DNA of 54,618 nucleotides, filler included, from Catajapyx aquilonaris (Eukaryota), in NCBI GenBank assembly GCA_000934665.2. It is 3 parts of 3 records of this genome, joined end to end, with 100 filler letters (N's around TTAATTAATTAA, not from the genome) between each part and the next. Parts side by side here need not be neighbours in the genome. Positions count along the whole stretch, not along the records: positions 1 to 18,140 come from JYFJ02006759.1; 2 more parts are not named here. One strand, written 5' to 3'. Below the pieces are notes generated by a model. The model saw only the letters and a program-made list of their open reading frames with translations. It was not told the origin of the DNA and ran no database searches. This document shows positions 1 through 11,727 of the stretch, piece after piece (the stretch's first letter is position 1; every line of letters begins with the position of its first letter). A program made the position numbers and the translations under genes.

Positions 1-93
1 CCCCCCCCCCCCCCCCCCAAGGGCTGGCTCTGGCCTTACGAGGGTTCAGTCTCCCTAAGTCGAAGTTCAGGTTGGCGAGTACAGAAAATTTTC

Positions 94-396
94 TCATTTC
101 CCAGCAGAAGGGTCGAGGGTCAGGGTAAGGCGCCACCGAGAAGAAGTAACTTGTTCAAGTGGGAGAAAAAAGCATTTAGCAAGGGAAGTGTCTTTCACAC
201 TTCCCGTCGACATTTCCCATCCTGAATGCTTTTTTCTCCCACTTGAACAATTACTTCTTCTCGGTGGCGCCTTACCAAAACGAGCCCTGATATCCTGCAT
301 GGTGTGCATTATGTTCCTTTCCGTATGAGGCCTCTCGTGGACCCACACAGTAGCCACAAGTCTCTCCTCCACAGTGAACCCGCTCGTATCCGCCAT
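94..396 (-). pseudogene. N-terminal HTH fragment of a Tc1/mariner-type (DUF4817-like) transposase, truncated and rearranged
   Basis: MADTSGFTVEERLVATVWVHERPHT...IRARFGKAPPRR..GSVKD resembles, from memory, the N-terminus of DUF4817-type mariner transposases. The reading then runs into an inverted duplication (124-176 vs 225-276). No DDD domain is visible. Confidence 0.6.
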
Positions 397-860
397 CTTG
401 CACTGTTAACAGTGTTAACTTACCGTCTCCTACTGAATCACTGCCATTAAGGTAGTTCATGAACATTGGGTGGTGAACTTATACCAAGAAGGGGGAGGGG
501 AAATGTACGGACTGTTTCCTCCAGCAACCATTTGAATGAAGAATCCTACTGATACAGTAATTAGGGCCACTTTCAATAAATTGATGTGATTGTTGCTTCT
601 CCATACCCTAATGGCCTAATGTGGGTTGGACGTGCAAAGAAATTTTGATGGTGTTATTATGCAGAGCGACAGTTTCTGTGTGGCTTTTTCACCTTGGTAT
701 CACCCCAAAAAATCCTAATTTTCTAATCATAAAACTAAAAATTGAGCTGAAAACTTTTGCCAAGGCTGGCATTTATTGCCACTATCAAAAAGATTCTGCA
801 AAAAAAAAAAAAATGTCCTACGCCTTTCGATTTCCATATAGTCAGAATCCCCAAAACCTA

Positions 861-1592
861 GGCAACATTTTCCATCAAAAAGGAACTCACAAGGGAACGG
901 TCAGGGTCGGGAACCTCCGATTTGGTTGAAACTGGCGTGAGGGGTCATTCATGTGCGATAGACACAGTGGTGAATGTGTTAGCTCGCAACGTCCAGCCGT
1001 TTCCTAGATATGAGCGACAGTAACATCCGAATTTTGGCCGCGCGCATTTGCCGGGAGCCGCTCTGCCAGCTCGAAATCCCTTCTACCTTGATTCCCCCCA
1101 CTTTTTTCGATCCCACACCACCATCCCCCACTCCCCCACCAACATTTTCGTTTTCCATAATTTCTTTCCTCCGGTATTTATTATGAGACCATCAAGCTGC
1201 TTTCTTTCGCTTCTGTCAACTGCGAATAAAGAGCTTCTATACCTAAAATTGGGTAATGGGGAAAACTCATAATAAATACCGGAGCAAAGAAACTATGGAA
1301 AACGAAAATGTTGGTGGGGGAGTGGGGGATGGTGGTGTGGGATCGAAAAAAGTGGGGGGAATCAAGGTAGAAGGGATTTGGAGCTGGCAGAGCGGCTCCC
1401 GGCAAATGCGCGTGGCCAAAATTCGGATGTTACTGTCGCTCATATCTCGGAAACGGCTGGACGTTGCGAGCTAACACTTTCACCACTGTGTCTATCGCAC
1501 ATGAATGACCCCTCACGCCAGTTTCAACCAAATCGGAGGTTCTCGACCCTGACCGTTCCCTTGTCAGTTCCTTTTTGATGGAAAATGTTGCC
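861..1592. mobile_element. Long palindromic (foldback/MITE-like) element with 327-bp inverted arms
   Basis: 861-1187 (GGCAACATTTTCCATCAAAAAGGAAC...TTATGAG) is the near-perfect reverse complement of 1266-1592, with a 78-bp spacer. The mirror ORFs 1048+ and 1405- arise from this symmetry. No clear TSD. Confidence 0.8.
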
Positions 1593-1893
1593 AGTTTTAA
1601 AAATAATTCAGCTATCACAGTGACTGCACAGGTGGGGGGAACTCTGGAGATGTCCTAATCAAATGACACACTGGATCAGAGGGCAATGCCAGACACTGCA
1701 GGTGGTGTGGGCTGCATTGCAAAATTTTCCCCAAGTACAAAATACCGCCCATCCTATTAGGGTTAAAGTGTTTGCTGGAATAAGCAATCCAAAAATGCTC
1801 TCCATGGTTCCTCAGGGAAGTGCACTATCCCATGTTCCGCATGATGGTAAAATTGTGCTGCATCACATGACACCTGCCTGTCTCTGCCTAGAG

Positions 1894-2166
1894 CAGTGCT
1901 TCCCAATCTTTTTCATTGGCGACCCCAAAAAATCGCCTCGTAAAATTCGCGACCCCACAGATATGCACATTTTGATCCCTCAACATGAAAATACAGGTAT
2001 ACAGTGATATGGAAATCATGGATAACTATTGTTGAGTGTCTGAATTGCTCTGTAACTTACCTTATGGGCATAATATTTCAAGAGAGAGAAAAATCATTTG
2101 TGAAAATAAGTTTTTACCCTCCCTCGCGACCCCAAATATTAAGTGTGTCGCGACCCACAGTTTGGG
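1894..2166. mobile_element. hAT (Charlie-like) MITE with truncated right TIR
   Basis: Starts CAGTGCTTCCCAATCTTTTT, carries repeated GCGACCC subterminal motifs and ends CGCGACCCACAGTTTGGG. Flanked by the 8-bp direct repeat GCCTAGAG (1886-1893 and 2167-2174). Confidence 0.7.
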
Positions 2167-2341
2167 GCCTAGAGAGAAGATAGGCATGTGAAAGCCGGCC
2201 ACCCTCACCTCCAACACTACCTACACTTAACATTTCAGATGTGATTTGCTTGTTGTATCCCTTCAGGTGAGAATGGACAGGGCCAAGTGATGCAGGGCAA
2301 ATTTGTCAAGCATGGTGGTCAAGCAGTACATATCTTTACAC

Positions 2342-5300
2342 TTACTGCTGCAGCTTCTCCAGCAGAGATTGCATAACAGTTACCATTGTCCTCTTTAATT
2401 TATTTTGCTCTTTTTGCTGTTCTGCATGTCTCTTTTCCCGCTGCTGCCTCAAACGTAGCTCATCCTGCCGTCTTGCCTCCTGAAGTTTTCGCACCTCCAG
2501 CTCTTCTTGCAGTCTCTTTTCCTGCTGTTTTTGCAGTAGCAGCTCCTCCTGCAACCTGATTTCTCTTGTCTCCTCTAATTCCAGGAACCTCTTATGCAGT
2601 GCCCTCTGTTCTTGGTCACGATGCTTCCTATCTTCCTTGAAGCCCTGCAACCAGTCATTCAGGTGATCCTCCCGCATCCTTTTTTTTGGTGGAGCAGCTG
2701 CAAGAAAATGAGATGATACTTGGTATATTTGCCATCAGAATTTGAAAACCACCAGATTTTTCTCACTACCCCCAATCCATCTCCATACTGTAAGTTCAAC
2801 CCATCTGTCACCCTAGAAGTACCACTACAAATCCACAGAAGCTCTTACTACTGTTGCACAGAATATTTGTTCCAGCATCACATCAATTAAAAACCAAATG
2901 TGTGCAGGATTATACAGAGAGATCTCAGCAATAGCAACAGACTCACTTCATAAAAACTTTTAAAATTCCCACCAAGCGACACCTAATGCAACAGTTCCTT
3001 CCATGAGATGGGAGATCCCCTTCTCATGCCACCCTTCCCTTTCCCTGCAAAAGCATAAGGGTGGGTTATTGGGGCATATGCTGATGTTGTCCCTTAAAAT
3101 TTGTTTGGTCATGTATAAACTTACTACACTGCCTTTTCTCTAAGAGCTGCTCACTAGGGGCCTTGGGGAGTTTGAGAATGGCATCAACACCATCACTTGC
3201 TCTGGCAGAGGTGTTCACACCAACTGCAGAGGTGTTGGTGCCCGTGTTGGCATCATCACCAGCTTCATCCTCATCACCAGGTTCATCATCATCATCACTG
3301 GCAGTTGCAACAGGACTGACAGTTGTAACAGGATTGGCAATGATGTCGTCATCATCATCCAGAATCTTCAAGTTCTCCACCTGTAATAAGGTAACACTTT
3401 AATTTTGCAGCAGTAATAAAGACTGGCTCTTATCTACCATGAAACCCATGCAACACTACATTGAAATTTTAATATATAACGGACCCTCAATACAGTAGAA
3501 ACAAGCCCATTGCAGAATATTTACATGGTCTATGGGCAGGATTTCAATGCATAACATGTCACCAGTTACAAAAACCAGTGTTGTGTACTGAATATCATCT
3601 ACATAGATATCTATAAATGAGGATGTTTATTAGTTTTTTTTTAAAAATAACCTGATAGGGCGGAGCCCTTTTTAGGGGGGTGGCATACCACCATTAGTTT
3701 TCTTCGATTAGGGTGTTTATGAGTTTGTTTGTCCCTTATAGAAATCCACGGGAAGGCCCCTACACCGCCTTACTTCCACTAGCATATCGGGGGTTACTTT
3801 TTCTGAGGAATTTAATGCTGCATGTTTCAGCTTCCAAAAATGAGCCTAACTCCCACAACACCCTATATACCTCCTCTCCTTACACCATTATCCGACAACA
3901 ATATGAAAAGGTACTGTCAAGGTCATCTCCATGGAAACTTGAATTCTTGTCTTTTTCTCGCTCAAATGCTTCCAAAGAAGTGTTACACGTTGGAACAATC
4001 TCCTGGTGCCAAACGCCAATGAATTAAAAAGCAGCATGAAACAGACCGTCAATGCCATCGCCAGTCCCATCTAGAACTTAAAGCAGCCATACACAAGCTG
4101 AACAGAGGCAGCTACAAAAGAATGGCTTTCCACTTCTACACTCTAAGAAGTTGTGTCTAACAATAGACACCTGACTAATCTTTACAACATGTGGAACAGC
4201 TTCGGCTCTGGTATCATCAAGAAGTGCTGCAATAATTGAAGGGTGTGGTGTACAAAAAGGGGGTAAGTCAATTTTTGATCGACATTCATTTAATGGGTAA
4301 ACTCTATTGATAAAAAATTGCCAGATCATTTGGTCCAAGAAAGGGAATCATCATCGTCCTGTGCAGGATCCCCTTCCCCCTTCACAGGTAATGACAAACT
4401 TTGGTGTATTGTTACACAATGGCCCATAAGACCAGTTTTAAGGTATATCCAGTGTATAATAATAGAATGCAAACTTTATAAACAAACTTACTAAAAAGAA
4501 CGCAGATATGGAAAGCTCTACCTGAAGGCCTATTCTCATATCTGCGAATTGTCGAAAAATCGCGCGCAATGGGTGTTTTCATTTATTGATGCCAACAATA
4601 CCCCTTGTGATTCGCACGCGCGTGAAAATCCATATTCGCCGCGATTTTTCGACAATTCGCAGATATGAAAATAGACCTTGACCCCGACCACTACCACCAC
4701 AACATACCCAGACAACACCGGGTAACCTGCTAGTTTCAAATAAACTGACAACCAAAGTAACTTTTCTTACCTTCCTGAATTTGGAAATTTTTTGGATTTT
4801 CTAATTCTGCTTGGCCTACAGTGTTGAGAAAACATCACCTCCACTGCTAATTTCCACGTTAGCAGGGTGAAAATACAGCCAAAAGACGATGGTCCGAAGC
4901 CACAACACCAGCATCCGGTTGTGAGTCACCAGTCGCGTCACCTTTCACCGCGTCTGTAGCACTCTCCAGTGCCCCGAAGGAGAAGGGTCATCTTTCACGC
5001 TTTGAAGTCGAAGGCGATTATAATAATGGAGAGCCAGGACCTAAGGCTCTCCATTATTATAATCGCCTTCGACTTCAAAGCGTGCGAGATGACCCAAGGT
5101 TCTCCTTCGTGGCACCAGAGAGTGCTACAGACGTGGTGAAAGGCGACTGCAACCGGATGGAGGTGTTGTGGCTACGGAAAATCGCCTTTTGGCAGTATTT
5201 TCACCCTGCTAACGTGGAAATTAGCAGCGGAGGTGATGTTTTCTCAACACTGTAGGCCAAGCAGAATTATAAAGTCCAAAAATTTTCAAAATCCAGGAGG

Positions 5301-6971
5301 GTAAGAAGAGTTACTTTGGTTGTGAGACTACCTTCCACAAGTTTCAGCTGTGATGAACTTACCCAAACTTCTTCTAGTCCCAATTTCGTGACGACTTCTG
5401 TGCTGCTGGTATTGGCAGTGCTACCAATAAAAGCAACCACCCTCTCCTCAAGGGGTGTGAGGCCAAGTGTGTTGGAAGTGCCATTTTGCAGCTTTGCAGC
5501 CTTAGCTCTGACAAGACCCTTGTAGTCAGTCCAGGCCTGTTCAGAAGAAAATACAACAATCTCATGAATAAGATCATACCTATTACTTCCAGGCTTCCAG
5601 CTGATACTAATATTAAGACTAATTATTATGATCAATAAATATTGACAGATATTCCAAACGAACTTATCGATGATGGTTCAACTGTACCAGCCTATGCCGT
5701 GGTTGAGCTTACTAGTTGCTAATTGGGCACTTCGATTGGGCACAACTAGATACAAAAAATAGTATTTAACAGCTGCGTGTGAACTTTACCACAGGACATG
5801 CATACTTGGAACACTCTATAAGAGTACCACATTTCAGCCTTCTACCTTATCAAGAAGTTGAAGAAAAGCTCTACTCTAGACATACAGGCTCAACGACATA
5901 CAGGCTCAACGAAGGATTTGGATTCAACTCCTTTGTTATAAAGTTACATTTAAAGGACTGTTTGAGTCTTAAACAGTCCTTTAAACGTAAGAACGATCTG
6001 ATGTCACACCAGCTGTGTGTTCTGAGCATGTGTAGTAGTAGGCCTATATGCAAGCTCTTGGCCTATGCTTGCAGAGAGATTCGGGGACATGAGGAGGGAT
6101 GAGTTGGGTAGAGGAGGGCTGAATATTCATTCTTTGGTTTAATGGACTTTAGATAGAAATGGAATCCACCAGACACTCCAGAGCAGGGGTCAGTTCAAAC
6201 TCTGGAACCGTGCCGTGCCTGAAAGTTACTTTAACTGTGCCATGGGGTCTTTTAGGACCCCACGCCATATTTTAATTTTTATATAATACTTTTCAATGTA
6301 TTGACTATATGCAATCATTCTTTAAACAATGCCTAAAATGATCGCTAATTCAAAATAAACATGCACTGCTGTTATATACTTTAAAAAAATGGCAAACAGT
6401 TCATTGTAATTGTTATTTTAATGCATTTTAATTCCTTTGGGGTCCGAAAAGACCCCACGGCACGGTTCCAGGGTTAAAACTCTCTTCGCTTTCCACTTTA
6501 CAGAGAATAAAGTCAGCGACACTCATTCAGCGGAGTGCGTGACCACTGCGGCACTGCCATGGTAAATGAAAGAGATGGTACTGGAATCTGGAATGCAACA
6601 AGTGTTAATGGGCAATTCACCCTCCTCCACTGGTCCACAGTGCGTGGTTGGGAGCTAATGGCATTGAGCTTCTCGGTGAGCTCCTTCCAGAGCTTGGTCT
6701 TGAGGGCGAGCGTCATCCCCGACGACCCCATCCGATGCTGCTCCATGAACTCGAACATGGCCAGGTGGTGGGCGTGGGTCGAGTTCCCCACGCGGGCCCT
6801 GAAAGCTGGCCTCGACACCTTCGGCATACCGCGGTCACCAAGGCTTCCGGACAACGACGATGCCCCGCCTTCACCTGCAACGCTGCTGGGTCCTGCTGCA
6901 TCGACTGCAATGATCGTCGGTGCGTCTGCGACCCACAGTGTCGGGAAGCATGCCAGGGCCAGAGGGTCCAT
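2342..6971 (-). CDS. Myb/SANT-like DNA-binding domain protein (Harbinger Myb-like/MSANTD type) with acidic linker and C-terminal coiled coil, 4 exons, about 378 aa
   Basis: Exons 6971-6621, 5536-5363, 3380-3125 and 2697-2342, all GT-AG with matching phases (0,0,1); total 1137 nt, no internal stop. The spliced junction gives LWKELTEKLNAISSQPRTVDQWRR|AWTDYKGLVRAK...LTPLEERVVAFIG, the Trp-spaced Myb/SANT-like pattern. Exon 3 is D/E-rich and exon 4 is E/Q/R-rich. Confidence 0.85.
4526..4678. mobile_element. PIF/Harbinger-type MITE (153 bp)
   Basis: About 39-bp TIRs, AGGCCTATTCTCATATCTGCGAATTGTCGAAAAATCGCG / CGCGATTTTTCGACAATTCGCAGATATGAAAATAGACCT, with a 3-bp TGA duplication (4523-4525, 4679-4681). 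Confidence 0.75.
4745..5326. mobile_element. About 580-bp palindromic element in intron 2 of the Myb/SANT gene
   Basis: 4745-5035 and 5045-5326 are reverse complements with scattered mismatches and small indels; 9-bp loop AGGACCTAA. Confidence 0.8.
6200..6473. mobile_element. piggyBac-like MITE with rearranged left end
   Basis: Right end is TGGGGTCCGAAAAGACCCCACGGCACGGTTCCAGGG|TTAA. Left end is CTCTGGAACCGTGCCGTG, followed after a short insert by GGGGTCTTTTAGGACCCCA. The left TTAA is degenerate. Confidence 0.55.
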
Positions 6972-7320
6972 CCATCAGCTGGCTCTCCTCCCGCTCGGTT
7001 AGCCTCGCACACTCTCGCATATCCCTCGCCTAGTGCTCAGTATGCCGACGGGCGCTGGCGGGAGAGGCTACCACTCGCCATGGCAACCGAACGGATGGCT
7101 GGTTGCCGCATGACGTTACCGCTCACCCTATCGAGCGGAGCGTTCGTTTTCAACATATATGCTCCAAGGGGGTAATATTTATTTACCATTTTATTTACAC
7201 CTGCCGTCTGCAAAGATTTGTGGCCAAGACCCAAGAGTATAGTAGGCCCACACTAGATTGACATTGTTGCTGTTTGGCTGTTATTGTTTGGTTTTGCATA
7301 TTCCAACAGATCAAAGTGTT

Positions 7321-7336
7321 GGCCTTGAAAAAGGCC
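7321..7336 (-). terminator. Histone mRNA 3' stem-loop (H4)
   Basis: The minus strand reads AAAC-GGCCTT TTTC AAGGCC-AACAC: a 6-bp stem with a 4-nt loop, 42 nt after the H4 stop. Confidence 0.93.
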
Positions 7337-7378
7337 GTTTCGTTGTCCAGGTGAGGTCGGTTGCAATAAGGCAGGTGA

Positions 7379-7696
<318 letters not shown>

Positions 7697-7756
7697 TCAC
7701 ACACAGGAATACGTACGGGATCAACGGTGGTGCAGCAGAGTATGCTCCCAGAGGAA

Positions 7757-7895
7757 GAATGAGGACCAGGCCATATGGCTGGCCGTTTTATACCCTTTCC
7801 AGTCTCCCCAACCCCACTTCCCCTACTCCCAACACCTTGTTCCCGCCAAAAAACCAGGTGTGCCTCCAGTGCAAGAGAGGAAATTGCGCGGGAAA
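7757..7895 (-). promoter_or_regulatory. H4 promoter: TATA box, initiator-like TCATTC and E2F-like sites
   Basis: Minus-strand TATAAAA starts at 7792 and TCATTC lies 30 nt downstream (7762-7757). TTCCCGCCAAA at 7840-7850 and GCGCGGGAAA at 7886-7895. Confidence 0.7.
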
Positions 7896-8438
7896 TAATT
7901 GTGGATAGGTTTACCCCACCCACCCACTCACAATGCCCCGAAACGCCTATAAAATGTAAATAATCAATGATATGGCTGGAATTATTGAACTGGGGAACAA
8001 ATGGGGTAAATCACCTGTCAATGATTTACCCCTTGAGTTCACTACCCTGTGGAATAGGTGCTGCTAGCACCATTAAAATGAATTCATTCTGCTCAAATGG
8101 TTCCGCAATCGTAGCCCAGTTCATTCAGTGCCGTTATTTTCATTTTACTGTACCCATTTGACTGTACCATTATTGTGCAGCATATGATCAAAGTATAATA
8201 AATTGGCAAATTTGTATACATTGAGTTTCGTATTATTTCCCCCTTCACTGCAGCTGTTTCATGTGTTCATTACTTCATTTGCACAAGAATTGTCGGGAAG
8301 ATGGAGGGGGGGAGTTTTTGAAGAAGAAAAGTCCTTGACAGTTTGGGGATGATTTTTTTGTAGGCTTGACAAAAGAACATCCGTTGGGCTGAGGAGGGCC
8401 ACGAAGCAGCTGCAGGGAGGGTGGGCATCATTATTCCC

Positions 8439-9002
<564 letters not shown>

Positions 9003-9032
9003 ATACCTTATTTCAACTGCAGGAGAACAAAA

Positions 9033-9048
9033 GGCCCTTTTCAGGGCC
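9033..9048 (+). terminator. Histone mRNA 3' stem-loop (H3)
   Basis: CAAAA-GGCCCT TTTC AGGGCC-AACCA, with a purine-rich TGAGAT about 18 nt downstream (candidate histone downstream element). Confidence 0.95.
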
Positions 9049-9309
9049 AACCAACACTATCCAGTGCTGAGATATCCATTGCAGAGGTTGGGGGGGGGGG
9101 GGGGGGGNGGGGTTGAAAATAAAATTGTCCCTTATTTTATCCTAATTCAGTATCAAACTGCGCGGTCCAGATTGGCCAGGTGGAGAAGAGTGAAGGTTGC
9201 CAGCTGGAAAAGTGACGTCTATGGCTCACCGCGCGCATCTGAATCAAGTGGCCTGGTCGGCTTTTGTTGAAACCTGAAATATTTGTAATTGCCACTAACT
9301 GATCGTTCT

Positions 9310-10615
9310 TATTCAAATTCACGAAGAAAAGACGAAGATTATGGTCTTCACAAGGTCGGGTAGAAAAAACGCACGTGTTTTCCAGATGGATGGAGCCGTA
9401 ATTGAGCAGGTCACGTACTATACATATTTGGGGGTCCCCTTTTATAATAACAGCAATTTCCGCAGAACAGCCAGGTACTTTGCGGATAAAGCGAAGACGA
9501 CGGTCCACGCGGTATCCATGGCCGGTGTTAGTAGGGTTAAAGTTACGCGACCCAGCCACAGCGCTAAAAATATTCCATGCGAAAATCTTTCCTGTTATGG
9601 CATATGCCTCCCCAGTCTGGGCACCCGGTTATTATGATGAGCTAGAAGTAGTATACAATCTATTCATTAAGAAACTATTTGCCCTGCCAAAAACTACTGC
9701 GGGCTATTTCCTTAGATTGGAATTGGAAACAGAGTCTCTCCAGGTTAGATTGACAAAAATCCTTTTGGGATACATTAGGAAATTGAGGTGTACGCAAACG
9801 CAGCCACTCTTGCATCATTCCTACCTACGAATCGTGGCGTTACATTCAACAAAATCCAAAAGATTAACATGGATAAACCACGTACAAAATCACTTAGGAA
9901 AAGCGGGCACAGCGGTAGAAGAGTTGGAGGAAGTAGACCAACGGTTGTGCCTTATAAATCTAGCACACAGTCTTCACACAGTTGACTTGGAGAAACTACA
10001 GTGCACCACTCGGTACAACGAGTATAAAGAGATCTATTCAAATGGGGTAAATAATACGTCATATTTAGTAGCAAACTTGCCGTTACAAATTAAACGATTA
10101 ATTATAAATATTAAAAATAGGTCTATATACTTAAATTCTGGTCGATCTTTCATTCCACTAACGCCAGAATCAAACTGCACATATTGCGCTGACGACGCAC
10201 CCTTCGATCTTTATCACATACTGTATGACTGTCTAATCTTCTCAACTCCGCGAGCACTTTTTTTACATTCCTTCCCGCCAGCACCAAATTTAAACACGGT
10301 TGCAATGGCAAATAATATCGATGGACACAACTTCTACAACCTCCAAAATTTTCTGAGGCATGTGAGCAAACGCATAGTTTCAGCATAACGTCTTCAGCGA
10401 TGTAAAGAAAAAAAAAACGATATATTTATTTTTGTCAACCTCATACATACTTCCCAAATTATCAAATATGTTAAGATGTTTACCCTTTAGGTGTAAAGCT
10501 GTAAAAAAAAAACAACCTTGAAATAATTGTTAACAATTATATTTACAATGTAACCGGTCGTCTCCCCCCAAAGGTTTTTTAAACCCACCGGGGTATAATA
10601 AATAAAAAAATAAAT
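9310..10615 (+). mobile_element. 5'-truncated, frameshifted non-LTR retrotransposon (end of RT, C-terminal CCHC finger, 3' UTR, A-rich tail)
   Basis: One frame reads EKTKIMVF...IEQVTYYTYLG (late RT motifs). After a frameshift near 9510-9540 the second frame reads IFPVMAYASPVW...FIKKLFALPKTT...CTYC-x9-H-x4-C to the stop at 10388. A-rich end at 10596-10615. No YADD motif remains. Clade not determined. Confidence 0.85.
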
Positions 10616-10691
10616 ATTCAAATTCACGAGAAAAATATGCGCGTGTGTGGATGGTGGCGGGAGAGGAGGGGATGATGCTACCTGGACACAA

Positions 10692-10693
<2 letters not shown>

Positions 10694-10773
<80 letters not shown>
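10694..10773. repeat. (ATT)n microsatellite
   Basis: About 26 perfect ATT units. Confidence 0.98.
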
Positions 10774-11727
10774 TTAAACATGTAGGTGCTGGACTTCATC
10801 AATGTGTTGGTTCAGAAACTGAAGTTGCAAAGTGTAAGATGTAAAGACAAAAGACTAAACCATGACCTCAGTTAGGTATTATCTGACTGCTGAGCAGCTG
10901 AGGTACCGTATGTTCTGAGAAGTACCAAATTAATGAGGGTAATAACTTCGTGGATATTATTTGTGGTCTCCCATGGCTCTTCACAAGAAATTTCCTAATG
11001 GCTCTTGCCTATGAAAATAATTCTGACGAAATGTGTTTCCAATTCCAAGAAACTCTGTCTCCATATCAAAGTCTCGATTTAGTACCGTACGGATACCGGT
11101 AAGGCTAAATTTTACACGCTAGAGTCAATGTTGGTTCCATTTGTGTTCCTGCCCTTGAACAATAATTCATTCGATTTTGAATCAATATCTGACCAGCAGC
11201 AGTTGAGCATTTGACTTTGAATCTACCGACACGTTTCGAGTAGGTTGAAGCTGCTTGAAGCCTCGTTCAACATTTGTGTTATGATATAACACTTATGAAA
11301 ACATCATTTTCATACTATTTATTATTACATTACTCATAATTAAAAGGATAGAGGGACCCTGAGGGACCATCCCCTCATAAGTCGATGCATCAATGAACTG
11401 AATCGTTTACAAATATGCCAGTCACATCCTCCGTGTAATGACATTGTGATTAGAGGAATGGCATTGTCAAGTTATTGACGAACGGTTTATGTAGCCTCGA
11501 GTGGATTAAAATTCATGCAGCTTATCTTACCCTTTCAGCACATCTCTAGGGAGCGAGAGCCCCGTCAACTGGCCCGGATCGAATAAATATTGGTTTTGAA
11601 AATATACCCTTTACATTATTAATCTGCGCCATTGCAATGCCCAAGTGCCCAGTACAGAACTTCACGTACTTCCATGCAGATAAGTTTAGGTGCAAAACTC
11701 CGTAGCACATATAGCTACATTAAAAAT

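Noticed and set aside
3713..4338. Cluster of 60-104 aa ORFs in intron 2 of the Myb gene
   Set aside because: No recognisable domain in the frames I read and no consistent splice pattern; possibly decayed TE sequence. A translated search would be needed.
9089..9112. Poly-G/poly-C runs here and at 1-18, about 26516, 35403, 44502 and 51771
   Set aside because: Most contain or abut Ns, so lengths are unreliable; no functional claim is possible.
10530..10844. Poly-Ile and poly-Tyr ORFs (also the IY repeats at 16834-17038)
   Set aside because: Translations of the (ATT)n and (TA)n microsatellites.
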